Shown piece by piece: positions 47,442-56,892 of a stretch of 64,000 nt of DNA (position 1 is the stretch's first letter; the number at the start of each line of letters is the position of its first letter). The notes below the pieces were generated by a model, which worked only from the letters and a program-made list of their open reading frames with translations, was not told the DNA's origin and ran no database searches. Position numbers and translations under genes: made by a program. Origin of the DNA: Planctomycetota bacterium (GTDB lineage: Bacteria; Planctomycetota; GCA-002687715; CAIWVZ01); contig JBGANV010000001.1 of assembly GCA_044222185.1 (NCBI GenBank), positions 1,504,001 through 1,568,000 on the forward strand, read 5' to 3'.

Positions 47442-48520
47442 AGCGCCAATCCGGGTTCACCTTGATCGAAGTCCTCCTTGCGATCGCCATCGGCGGCATC
47501 CTCATGACGATGATGTTCACCGGGCTCGACACCGCAGTCCGGACGCGCCAGAAGGTCGCCGACTACTCGACGCCCTACGCCATCGGCCCCGCGATCCTCG
47601 ATCGCCTCGAGGCCGATCTCCAGAACGCCTACTGCTACGACATCAAGGACAACGACTACTTCTGGGGCGCCGACGCCGAGGTCTCCGGGAAGGAAGCCGA
47701 CGGCATCTCATTCATCAGCGCCACGCCCGCGCAAGTTGGTGAAGAGTCGCTGAAGTCGTCGGTGCACACGGGACGTGAAGGCGTCGAGGCCGACGACCGA
47801 TTCAACCAGTGGCGCCGGGGCTCCATGTCCGAAGTCCAATACGTGTGCCGGCCGAGCCGGCGCTTCCAGGACACGCTCGAGCTGTGGCGTCGCGAGGACT
47901 TCTACGTCGACGATTCGGTCCACGAGGGTGGCCTCTACCGGATGGTCTACGACCGCGTGTTCTCCCTGAGATTCGAGTATGTCCGCCGCAACACGACGGG
48001 CGGCGGCGGAATCGCGGGCGCGACCGAGCGTACGGCGGACCAGATGCGCCAGGACGGCTGGGCGTGCATGGAAGAGGACGGTCTCCCCCGCGCGGTGATC
48101 GTGACGCTCGCGATCTATGCGCGTGAGCCGGAAGACCGGATCGACGCGGAACCGGAGGTTTTCACGTTCCGCCGATGGATCCCGCTCCCGCAAGCCCAGG
48201 TGAGCACCGACTCCGAGAAACAGGTGATGGACTGGCCCGGCACACTCACGATGCCTTCAGACGGGGGCGGCGGCGGCGCCCGCAACCGCGGCGGCCGAAA
48301 CGGACCCGGTGGCGGGCCGGATCAACCTGGCCAGCAGGTCCCAGGCGGCGGACGACGCGGCGGCGGTCGCGGCGGGCGCCCTGGAACTCCGTCGGCGGGC
48401 GGAGCGGCCGGCGGCAACAACCCGTTCCTCCAGGCCCTCCAAAACCGGGGCAACCGCGGCGGAGGCGGTGGCGGCGGGAACAACCCGTTCGCCAACCTGT
48501 TCCGGCCGGGCGGACGCTGA
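47438..48520 (+). CDS. Minor pseudopilin, GspJ-like
   Basis: G/FTLIEVLL; LPRAVIVTL; RGG-rich tail. Confidence 0.8.
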   Translation: MKRQSGFTLIEVLLAIAIGGILMTMMFTGLDTAVRTRQKVADYSTPYAIGPAILDRLEADLQNAYCYDIKDNDYFWGADAEVSGKEADGISFISATPAQVGEESLKSSVHTGREGVEADDRFNQWRRGSMSEVQYVCRPSRRFQDTLELWRREDFYVDDSVHEGGLYRMVYDRVFSLRFEYVRRNTTGGGGIAGATERTADQMRQDGWACMEEDGLPRAVIVTLAIYAREPEDRIDAEPEVFTFRRWIPLPQAQVSTDSEKQVMDWPGTLTMPSDGGGGGARNRGGRNGPGGGPDQPGQQVPGGGRRGGGRGGRPGTPSAGGAAGGNNPFLQALQNRGNRGGGGGGGNNPFANLFRPGGR

Positions 48521-48566
48521 ACGTCACGGCCGCGTCCGCGCGCCGGCCCTGCGCCCCGCGCGCCGA

Positions 48567-49844
48567 TCAGCGCTTCTTCGGCCGGATGACGTCGCGCCCG
48601 TTCATGTACGGGCGCAGCGCTTCGGGGATGACGACGGTCCCGTCCTCCTGCTGGTAGTTCTCCAGCAGCGGAATCAGGATGCGCGGGCTCGCGATCACCG
48701 TGTTGTTCAGCGTGTGGCAGAACTGGACCTTCCCGGCCGCATCGCGGTAGCGAAGGTTCAGGCGCCGCGCCTGGAACTCGTGGAAGCGGCTGGCGGAATG
48801 CGTCTCGCCGTAACCATTGCGCGACGGCATCCACGTCTCGATGTCGAACTTCTGCACCTGCGGCCGCCCCAGGTCGCCGCCGCAGACGTTCACGACCCGG
48901 TACGGCAGGCCGAGCGCCGTCAGCACGTGCTCGGCGTGGCCCAGGATCTCGGCGTGGAATTGCTTCGACAGCGCCTCGTCACCCTGGCAGATGATGACCT
49001 GCTCGATCTTCTGGAACTGGTGGATGCGATAGATGCCGCGCGTGTCGCGGCCGTAGGTTCCGGCTTCGCGGCGATAGCAATTGCTGAGGCCCACGTACTT
49101 CAGCGGAAGCTCGGCCTCATCCAGGATCTCGCCCCCGCGGTAGGCCGTGAGCGGAACCTCGGCCGTGCCGATGAGCCACGTCCCGTCCCGATCCGTGCGA
49201 TAGGCCTGCTCCTCGCCTCCCGGCAGGTACGCCGTTCCCGTCATGGCCTCGTCCCGGACGAGGTGCGGGACGAGCATCGGTGTGAACCCCTGACCAACCA
49301 TGTAGTCGAGCGCGAGCCGCAGCACGGCCAACTCGAGGAGCGCGCCCTCGTTCTTCAGGAAGTAGGTCCTGCTTCCGGCGATGCGGGTCGCTCGCTCCAC
49401 GTCCAGGATGTCGAGGGACGTCCCCAGGTCCACGTGATCCTTCGGCGTGAACGTGAAGGCGCGCGGCGAACCGACGCGCTTCACCTCGACGTTCTCCGTG
49501 TCGTCCTTGCCATCCGGCACCTCGGGGCTCGGGATGTTGGGGACCTTCAGCATGTGAAGCTGGAGTTCGTCTTCCTTCGTCTTCTGAAGCGTCTCGAGGT
49601 CGCGAATCTTCGACGAAAGGTCCTTCAAGAACGCGAGAAGCGCCTCCTTCTCCGCTCCAGCGAGCTTGGGGATCTCCTTGCTCTTCTGGTTCTGCTCGGC
49701 CTTCTGCGTCTCCACCTGGCGCTTCAGCTCGCGCACGTCGCGGTCGACGGCGAGGAGCCGGTCCACATCGACATCAATGCGCTTCTTCACGCACGCGGCG
49801 CGAACAGCGTCGCTGTTCTCGCGGATGAACCTGAGGTCCAGCAT
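48567..49844 (-). CDS. serS: Seryl-tRNA synthetase
   Basis: MLDLRFIR, GTAEVPL, CYRREAG, RIHQFQKIE, FQARR, HTLNNT. Confidence 0.97.
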   Translation of the reverse strand: MLDLRFIRENSDAVRAACVKKRIDVDVDRLLAVDRDVRELKRQVETQKAEQNQKSKEIPKLAGAEKEALLAFLKDLSSKIRDLETLQKTKEDELQLHMLKVPNIPSPEVPDGKDDTENVEVKRVGSPRAFTFTPKDHVDLGTSLDILDVERATRIAGSRTYFLKNEGALLELAVLRLALDYMVGQGFTPMLVPHLVRDEAMTGTAYLPGGEEQAYRTDRDGTWLIGTAEVPLTAYRGGEILDEAELPLKYVGLSNCYRREAGTYGRDTRGIYRIHQFQKIEQVIICQGDEALSKQFHAEILGHAEHVLTALGLPYRVVNVCGGDLGRPQVQKFDIETWMPSRNGYGETHSASRFHEFQARRLNLRYRDAAGKVQFCHTLNNTVIASPRILIPLLENYQQEDGTVVIPEALRPYMNGRDVIRPKKR

Positions 49845-49859
49845 CGTCCGACGGTCTCC

Positions 49860-50654
49860 TCAACGTGTGAGCCGGGACGCCGCCAGATCCAGAAAGCGAC
49901 GCAATCCCTGTTGCTCCAGAAGGCCGAGACCGTAACGAATCCTCCGCTCCAGGTAAACCCGCCAGATCTCCGCCGAAAGCCCCACCTCGCGCGCCGCGCG
50001 GTGCGCCAGCTCGGCGCGCGCCCCCTGGCCCAGGTCGCGCGCTTCGAGGAGCGCAGGAACCAGGTCCGGGAACTCGGCCAGGACTCCAGGACGCGCCGCC
50101 CAGACGGCGAACACGAACGGCAATCCATGGAGCTCGCTCCAGCATTCCGCCAGATCCAGGTGCGGGACACCTGCCACGACCTCACGCAGCGCGTCATCGC
50201 CGATGACGAGCGACGCATCGAACCGCGAATCCCGGCTCGCGCGGTCCGGCGGGCATTCCTCCACCTCGGGCCGAACACCGAACCGTTCTGCGAGGACCAC
50301 CTGCGCGAGGAGTTGACTCGTCCGTGATGCCGGATCGAGCGCGAGGCGACGGATGAGATGGGGCGAGGTTCGAAGCGTGAGTACGACCGAGTCGACTCGG
50401 CCGAACGCGCCGATGGCGCAGCCGGGGATCACCTCGAGCGCGGGTTGGGCGAGAAGGGCCGCGACCGGCACCAGCCCGGCGTCGAAGCGGCTCTCCATCA
50501 ACCCGTTCGCGATCTCGCTCGGGCGCGCGCAGGTCAGATCGACTCGCGAATCGCGATCGAGCCCGTGCGTCAGCGGCCAGGCATTGACGTATGCCACCGC
50601 TCCGAGCCTCGGACGCCGGGCGCCCGGTTCTCCCGTTCGCCCGGGCCGAGTCAC
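49860..50654 (-). CDS. mqnA: Chorismate dehydratase (futalosine pathway)
   Basis: VAYVNAWP, SRTS, IGDDAL, DLAECW...LPFVFAVW. Confidence 0.9.
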   Translation of the reverse strand: MTRPGRTGEPGARRPRLGAVAYVNAWPLTHGLDRDSRVDLTCARPSEIANGLMESRFDAGLVPVAALLAQPALEVIPGCAIGAFGRVDSVVLTLRTSPHLIRRLALDPASRTSQLLAQVVLAERFGVRPEVEECPPDRASRDSRFDASLVIGDDALREVVAGVPHLDLAECWSELHGLPFVFAVWAARPGVLAEFPDLVPALLEARDLGQGARAELAHRAAREVGLSAEIWRVYLERRIRYGLGLLEQQGLRRFLDLAASRLTR

Positions 50655-50657
50655 GCG

Positions 50658-52793
50658 TCAGTTCAGAGGCGTGGGCGTCGAGGTGATCTTGCCCAGCTTC
50701 GGGTAGTCACACTCGAGTTGGAGGAACACTTCGCCCGCGACGGGTTTCTTGACGTCGAACGTCTTCGGGAAATAGACGACGTCGAGCGCGGGGTGCTTGT
50801 CATCGAGGTCTTCACGCGCTGGCGGCTTCATCTCCTTCGAGAACGCGTCCGGGCCTTCCTTCGCCGACTTGATGTGCACCGTCGGCTTGAACACGCCGGC
50901 GGAGAACCACCGGTATTCCTCGCCGCCGCAGCCGAACACCTTGATGTCCTTGCCGACGATCGTGATGTAGTCCTCACCCTTCTCACGGCGCGTGTCGGCC
51001 TTCCACACGAACGTGAACCCGGGATCCTTCGCGGCGCCCATGGCGATGGTGTTCAGCTTGCCTTCGGAGATGCCGAACTCGGCCGACTTGCCCTGCTCCA
51101 CGAGGATCGTCTCCCGACGATCGCCCTCGCCGTACGCGAAGTAGCCGTTGCGGAAGCGATAGCGTCCCGGCGGCACCCACATGGGCTTGTCCTTCGCGTC
51201 CATGAGGTTGAAGCTGATGTTGGCTTGCTCCCCGACACCCTCGGCAATCATGAAGGCCGGGTTGGTCGTCGACTTGTAGTCGAACTTCAGGAGTGCGATC
51301 GGGCCGTCGTAGGGTTTGAAACGGATCCCGGCGCCGCTCGCTTCGAGCTTCATCTCGAACAGCAGGTCTCCGATGTAGATGTACTTGCTGAGCGGCTGGA
51401 CCCTGGCGGTCTTGCCGGTGCCCACGACGACGCTGTCCTCGCCGTACCCGACGAAGTTGCCATCGCCGCTGTCGTCATAGACCGCGATGTCGACACCGTT
51501 GAACTTGGTCGTCACGGCGGTCGACCCGATCCACTTGAGCACGATGGGCTTCTCCGACGGCGCTCGACCGTCCTTCAAGTCGAAGCCCATGAGTTTGTAC
51601 TGGCTCGGAAGCGACATCATCCGCAGGAACACGTCGCCCTCGGTGCCCTCGCTGTACTTGCGCCCCTTGAACGCCACGACGTCGGTCTTGCCTTCCGGCA
51701 CCTTGAGCTTGTCTTCGGGTGCCTTGCCGCTGCCGTCGGGGTCGAAAAGGAGCTTGCCCTTCTCGTTCTTGATCTCGCTGTCACCGGGGATGCCCTTGAA
51801 CTTCTCGGGCTTCCCAGGGTTCACTTCCTGCGTGTGCCAGAAGAGCCAGTGCGAATTGGCCTGGTAGTTCGGAGTGAGGAACGTCCGCGGGCCGATCTCC
51901 TTGTACTTGGGCTTGTCGCCGTCGACCCAGTCGATCTTCAACGTGTGCTTGTTGGCGAGCGGCGGCGCATTCGTGACGCCAGTCGGGATCGCCGTTCCAC
52001 CTCCGCCGGCCCCACCGCCGGGTGAAGCGGCGGCCTTCTCCTCCGCCTCCTTGTACTGGGTCTTCGCCTTCTCGAGCGGCACCTTCACGTCGATGAGGTC
52101 CTCGCGGATCTTCGCGTTCTGCGCGAGCGTGCGCAGGAGGTTCATCAGGCCGTACTTCTCCACGATGTTCATCATCTTGGTGTCGCGACCCGACTCCACG
52201 GCTTTCTTGTAGTGGTAGCAGGCCTCGAAGTACTCGAGCTTGCCCTTGTGGCCCTCGCCGAGCCAGTAGTTCCCGTTGATCATCCAGAAGCCGTCGGTGA
52301 TCTCCTCTGCGATCGGAACGAACTTGGAGAAGATGTCGATGGCCTTCTGGAACGCCTCGGGCGTCCGCAGGTTGTTCGCCTCCTTGATGGCCTTGTCGCC
52401 ATCCGAGAGGTACTCCCACATCTTCGCCTTCTTGCCGCAGGCTTCCGGCGTGAGCGCCTTCGTCCAGGTGAGGCGCTCTGCCAGGTATTTGTCCTTGTTC
52501 TCGAGCTGATTGATCGTCGAGAGCTTCTCGAGGACGTTCATGCGCGTCTTCACGTCGGCCGTGGAGTTGTTCGCCACCGCCGAGCAGTACAGCGTCTCCC
52601 ACATCATGAAGCCGTCGACGATGTGATCGCGGTTCTTCTTCACGAGCTCCTGCATTTGCACGAAGCTGTCGGCGCCCGCCGCGACCTCGAACTTGTTCAT
52701 GAACGCTTCCGCGTTCGGTTCCTGCTGAGCCCGTGCGAACCCGGACGCCAGGAGCAAACCGCAGAGAGCCGAGAGCCAGGTTTTTCTGTACAT
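50658..52793 (-). CDS. Large hypothetical secreted protein (helical/TPR-like N-half, beta-rich C-half)
   Basis: Signal peptide MYRKTWLSALCGLLLASGFARA-Q; long Lys/Glu-rich ORF. Confidence 0.8.
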   Translation of the reverse strand: MYRKTWLSALCGLLLASGFARAQQEPNAEAFMNKFEVAAGADSFVQMQELVKKNRDHIVDGFMMWETLYCSAVANNSTADVKTRMNVLEKLSTINQLENKDKYLAERLTWTKALTPEACGKKAKMWEYLSDGDKAIKEANNLRTPEAFQKAIDIFSKFVPIAEEITDGFWMINGNYWLGEGHKGKLEYFEACYHYKKAVESGRDTKMMNIVEKYGLMNLLRTLAQNAKIREDLIDVKVPLEKAKTQYKEAEEKAAASPGGGAGGGGTAIPTGVTNAPPLANKHTLKIDWVDGDKPKYKEIGPRTFLTPNYQANSHWLFWHTQEVNPGKPEKFKGIPGDSEIKNEKGKLLFDPDGSGKAPEDKLKVPEGKTDVVAFKGRKYSEGTEGDVFLRMMSLPSQYKLMGFDLKDGRAPSEKPIVLKWIGSTAVTTKFNGVDIAVYDDSGDGNFVGYGEDSVVVGTGKTARVQPLSKYIYIGDLLFEMKLEASGAGIRFKPYDGPIALLKFDYKSTTNPAFMIAEGVGEQANISFNLMDAKDKPMWVPPGRYRFRNGYFAYGEGDRRETILVEQGKSAEFGISEGKLNTIAMGAAKDPGFTFVWKADTRREKGEDYITIVGKDIKVFGCGGEEYRWFSAGVFKPTVHIKSAKEGPDAFSKEMKPPAREDLDDKHPALDVVYFPKTFDVKKPVAGEVFLQLECDYPKLGKITSTPTPLN

Positions 52794-52893
52794 GCGAGGT
52801 GTCTCGAACGTGGAACTGTCGGCAACGGCGCACAATTCGTGCCGGGGCGTGCAAGATGCGAGCGCCATCCTATACGCTCGCCCGGGAGGCTGC

Positions 52894-54498
52894 TCAAGCG
52901 CCAGGGACGGCCCACCGGACCCGTGACAGGATGGCCTCGGCAGCACGCATCCCGTCCACCGCAGCGGACACGATCCCACCCGCGTACCCGGCCCCTTCAC
53001 CCACGGGATAGAGCCCGTCCCAGCCGGGCGCCATGAGCGTCTCCTCGTCCCGCAGAATTCGGACAGGACAGGAGGAACGGGCCTCTGGCCCCACCAACAC
53101 GGCCTCAGGGTGACGCAGGAACCCTGGGAGCTGCCGGTCGAAGCGATGCAACGCCGCTGCGACCGCGTCGCTGATCTGTGATGGGGCCAGCCGCCGCAAC
53201 GACGCCGCGACCATGCCCGTCCGGCAAGAGCCCGCAGGCAGCGAGTCCGAGGGGCGGTCCGCGAGGAAGTCCGCGAGGCGCTGTGCGGGAACGCGCGGTG
53301 TGAGGCTCACGGCTTCGGCGGCGGCCGCCTCGAAGCGTTCCTGCAACTCGACGCCCGCGAAGACGGAGTCGCCCTGGAGGCCCGCGGGCTCGACGGTCGT
53401 GACGATCCCCGAGTTCGCGAAGCCGGAGTCGCGGTTCGAATACGACATGCCGTTGGTGTTCATGTGTCCCAGATCGGAGATGGCTGGGATCACCTCGCCG
53501 CCCGGGCACATGCAGAACGAGAACACGCTGCAAGACCCCACGTCGGCGACGATCTGGTAGTCGGCGGCGCCGAGCTTCGGGTGGCCGGCATGCCTCCCCC
53601 AGACGACGTCGTCGATGAAGTCCTGGGGATGCTCGACACGAAACCCCATCTGGAACGCCTTCCGCTCCATGACGACGCCGTCCGCATGGATCCGCCGCAG
53701 GAAAGCCCGCGCCGAATGGCCGGGCGCGAGCACGACATGGCTCGCCGGAACGTCCCCGAGCGTCGTACGCACGGAGGAGATCGCACCATGCGCGGCGACG
53801 AGAGACTCGGCCCGACAGCGAAAGCGCACCTCGCCGCCGAGCCGCAGGATTTCCTGGCGCAGGCGCCCGGTCACGGTCCGTATGCGGTCGGATCCCAGGT
53901 GTGGCCGGTAGTAGTAGGAAACGGCCGCGATCCCGCTCATCGCGCGGAACTCGTCGAGCACGGTCTGAGCTCGTGGGTCCTTGCTCCGCGACGTCAGCTT
54001 CCCGTCACTCCACGTGCCCGCACCGCCTTCTCCGAAGAGGTAATTGCTTTCGGCGTCGAGCACCCCGTCGCGGTTGAGGTCGCGAATGCGCGTGGCGCGG
54101 TGATTCATGGCATCGCCGCGCTCCAGGACGATGGGTCGCAGGCCGTGGCGCGCGAGGACGAGGGCGGCGAACAGACCTGCGGGGCCCGACCCGATCACGA
54201 CTGGCGGATGATCGAGGGCGATCGTCCCCGGGGTGAGGACCGCGACCGGCGGGGGTTCGACCCATCGCACGTCCGGATCCGTCCGGAGGCGACCCCGCGC
54301 GGGTGACGGGTCGTTCAGCGTGATGCTCACGGTGTACACGAAGGCCGCGCGCCGGTGCCGTTTGTCGAGGGACTTCCGGACGATCTCGAAGCTGCGGATC
54401 TCCGGCTCCGTGACCCCGGCCCGCAAAAGAGCCATGGGCAACACGTCGCTCTCGTCTCCATCGAGCGAGAGGTGGATGTTCGAGACCTGGATCGGCAT
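52894..54498 (-). CDS. NAD(P)/FAD-dependent oxidoreductase
   Basis: VIGSGPAGLF, FGEGGAGTWSDGKL, FCMCPGG, GEGAGYAGGIVSAAVDG. Confidence 0.9.
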   Translation of the reverse strand: MPIQVSNIHLSLDGDESDVLPMALLRAGVTEPEIRSFEIVRKSLDKRHRRAAFVYTVSITLNDPSPARGRLRTDPDVRWVEPPPVAVLTPGTIALDHPPVVIGSGPAGLFAALVLARHGLRPIVLERGDAMNHRATRIRDLNRDGVLDAESNYLFGEGGAGTWSDGKLTSRSKDPRAQTVLDEFRAMSGIAAVSYYYRPHLGSDRIRTVTGRLRQEILRLGGEVRFRCRAESLVAAHGAISSVRTTLGDVPASHVVLAPGHSARAFLRRIHADGVVMERKAFQMGFRVEHPQDFIDDVVWGRHAGHPKLGAADYQIVADVGSCSVFSFCMCPGGEVIPAISDLGHMNTNGMSYSNRDSGFANSGIVTTVEPAGLQGDSVFAGVELQERFEAAAAEAVSLTPRVPAQRLADFLADRPSDSLPAGSCRTGMVAASLRRLAPSQISDAVAAALHRFDRQLPGFLRHPEAVLVGPEARSSCPVRILRDEETLMAPGWDGLYPVGEGAGYAGGIVSAAVDGMRAAEAILSRVRWAVPGA

Positions 54499-55334
54499 CA
54501 GTCGCGTTTGGCGTTCTGATACTTCCCCGAGACGCGCTTGAGGAACTCGCGCTCCTTTTCGGTAAGCGCGGGCATCCCGTCCTTCGCGATCTTCTCGAGC
54601 AGTCGATCGAGCTCGCGTTCCTCGTCGAGGACCTGCTCGACCATCTGCTGGCGCTTGACTTCGGCTCGCTTCTCGCGGTGTTCCTCCCAGCGCGGCGCCA
54701 TGAAGCGGGGCCACAAATACGCGACCCAAAGGCCCGTGGCGGCACCCAGGAGGTGGCAGAAGCTATCGGTCCCGGCCCCCTCGCGCCCGAGGACCTCGAG
54801 CAACTCGATGCCGACGAAGATGGCGACCGCGTACTTGATCTTCATGGGGATCAGCATGAAGAACAGGATCATCACGTTCGGCATCAGGAGAGCGAGCGCC
54901 ACCATGACGCCGAAGATCGCGCCACTCGCGCCGATCGTCGGGATGACCTCACCATAGAAGGCGTGTCGCAGGATCGGCGACAACGACCCCACGAGCCCCG
55001 AGGCCACGTAGAGCCGAACGAACGGCCGCGTGCCGAACTGCGGCTCGAGCATCCAGCCTGCGAAACCGAGCGTCACCATGTTGAACAGGATGTGACGCGT
55101 GTCGCCATGAACGAGCTGATAGGTGACGACCCGCCACAGCTCGCCGTCGGCGAACCCCTGCCAGGACGTCCCCAGGTGAGCATCAACCCAGTTGCGCGCG
55201 CCCGGGTGGACGAGGTTGGCGACGAGCTTCGCAACGTGCGCCGCTACGGTGATCCCCACGATCGTCCAGGTCCCACGACTTCGCGTGAACCAGTGACCAT
55301 CCTCGGGGCTCGCGTATGCGCGGTCTTGCCACAT
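54498..55334 (-). CDS. Rhomboid intramembrane serine protease
   Basis: WR, HILFNM, GASG, HLLG; C-terminal ELDRLLEKI domain. Confidence 0.92.
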   Translation of the reverse strand: MWQDRAYASPEDGHWFTRSRGTWTIVGITVAAHVAKLVANLVHPGARNWVDAHLGTSWQGFADGELWRVVTYQLVHGDTRHILFNMVTLGFAGWMLEPQFGTRPFVRLYVASGLVGSLSPILRHAFYGEVIPTIGASGAIFGVMVALALLMPNVMILFFMLIPMKIKYAVAIFVGIELLEVLGREGAGTDSFCHLLGAATGLWVAYLWPRFMAPRWEEHREKRAEVKRQQMVEQVLDEERELDRLLEKIAKDGMPALTEKEREFLKRVSGKYQNAKRD

Positions 55335-55341
55335 CTGGGTT

Positions 55342-55896
55342 TCAGTCCGGCTGCGCCTTGGCGTAGCACTCGGGTCGCAACACTCCGATATACGGGAGGT
55401 TTCGATAGCGGTCAGCGAAATCCAGTCCGTACCCGACGACGAAGACGTCCTCGACCTGGAAGCCCACGTAGTCCGCCTGGACGGCGACGGCCCGCCGAGC
55501 GGCCTTGTCGAGCAGCACGCACGTGACGACGTGCTTGGCCCCGAGGTCGGTCCGCAGCTTGTGGCACACCTGTTGGAGCGTACGCCCCGTGTCCAGGATG
55601 TCGTCCACCACGAGCACGGTCTTGCCCGACAGGTTCTCCAACGGGAACACGCGCAGATGGACCGTCCCGGACGACTCCGTCCCCTGGCCGTAGCTCGACG
55701 CCCATGCGAAATCGAGTTTCAGCGGGATGGTGATGGCGCGGATCAGGTCCGCGAGGAACACGACGCCACCCTTCAGGAGTGCGACGACGACCAGGTCGTC
55801 GTTCACGTGCCGCCTGCTGATCTCGGTGCCGAGCGTCCGGATCCGCTCGCGAATGCGATTCTCGTCGAACAGGACGCGCTCGATGTCTTTGTCCAT
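55342..55896 (-). CDS. hpt: Hypoxanthine phosphoribosyltransferase
   Basis: LKGG, SSYG, VDDILDTGRTL, FVVGYGLD...YRNLPYI. Confidence 0.95.
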   Translation of the reverse strand: MDKDIERVLFDENRIRERIRTLGTEISRRHVNDDLVVVALLKGGVVFLADLIRAITIPLKLDFAWASSYGQGTESSGTVHLRVFPLENLSGKTVLVVDDILDTGRTLQQVCHKLRTDLGAKHVVTCVLLDKAARRAVAVQADYVGFQVEDVFVVGYGLDFADRYRNLPYIGVLRPECYAKAQPD

Positions 55897-56022
55897 GGTG
55901 GAGCTGCGCGAGTCGAGGTCGAACTCGCCTCGATCGGCCCGCCATCGTACAGGCATGGACGCCACGCAGGAAGTTGAGCGGTCGCCCTCGATCCGCGGGA
56001 GCCGGCGCCGCATAATCGCGCC

Positions 56023-56886
56023 ATGGCGACCTTGCTGCTGGGTGCTCCCCTCGCGTCGACGATCGAGAACGACGTTCGTGCACGTGCGGCGTTGGCGGCG
56101 GAGAGGGGCTTCAAGCCCTACCTCGTGGCCGTTTCGGCCTCGGACGACCCCGCGAACGAGGTGTACTTGAAGCGTCAGGCCAAGGCCGCCGACCGCCTGG
56201 GATTCCGCTACGAGATCCGAAACATCGGCGGCACAGCCGCCGAGTCCGACGTGCTTGCGGCCATCGCCCGGCTCAACGCCGATCCGGAGGTCACGGGCAT
56301 CATCGTGCAGATGCCGCTCCCCCCGGGCGTCGTCGTCGCGAACGTCCAGCGCGCGATCGCGCCCATGAAGGACGTGGAGGGTGTCCACCCTCTGAATCTC
56401 GGAGAGCTCTTGGACGGCGACGCCGTCCTCCGCCCATGCACGGCGGCGGCCATCCTGGAGGTGGCGAAGGCCTCGGGCGTCCAACTCGCTGGCCGGCACG
56501 CCGTCGTCATCGGACGCAGCCGGATCGTCGGGCGCCCGGCGGCCCTCATGTTCCTCGCCGAGAGCTGCACGGTCACCGTGTGTCACTCGCGAACGCCGGA
56601 CATCGGCGCCCTGACGCGGACGGCCGACATCGTCGTGTGTGCCGTCGGCAAGGTGGGACTCCTGCAACCCGAGATGGTGAAGGCCGGTGCTCTGGTCCTC
56701 GACGTCGGGATCAACGAGGTCGAACGTGACGGCAAGCGCGGCATCGTCGGCGACGCGGACCCGCGCGTGGCGGAAGTCGCCGGCCAGTTCACGCCGACTC
56801 CGGGTGGGGTCGGACCCGTGACGGTCGCAATCCTGTGGCGGAACGCCATCGCGGCGCTCGAGCGCCAGATCCGAGATCGGCGCTGA
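56023..56886 (+). CDS. folD: Methylenetetrahydrofolate dehydrogenase/cyclohydrolase family protein
   Basis: GIIVQMPLP, KDVEG, PCT, GRSRIVGRP, TPTPGGVGPVT. Confidence 0.92.
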   Translation: MATLLLGAPLASTIENDVRARAALAAERGFKPYLVAVSASDDPANEVYLKRQAKAADRLGFRYEIRNIGGTAAESDVLAAIARLNADPEVTGIIVQMPLPPGVVVANVQRAIAPMKDVEGVHPLNLGELLDGDAVLRPCTAAAILEVAKASGVQLAGRHAVVIGRSRIVGRPAALMFLAESCTVTVCHSRTPDIGALTRTADIVVCAVGKVGLLQPEMVKAGALVLDVGINEVERDGKRGIVGDADPRVAEVAGQFTPTPGGVGPVTVAILWRNAIAALERQIRDRR

Positions 56887-56892
56887 CGCGTA

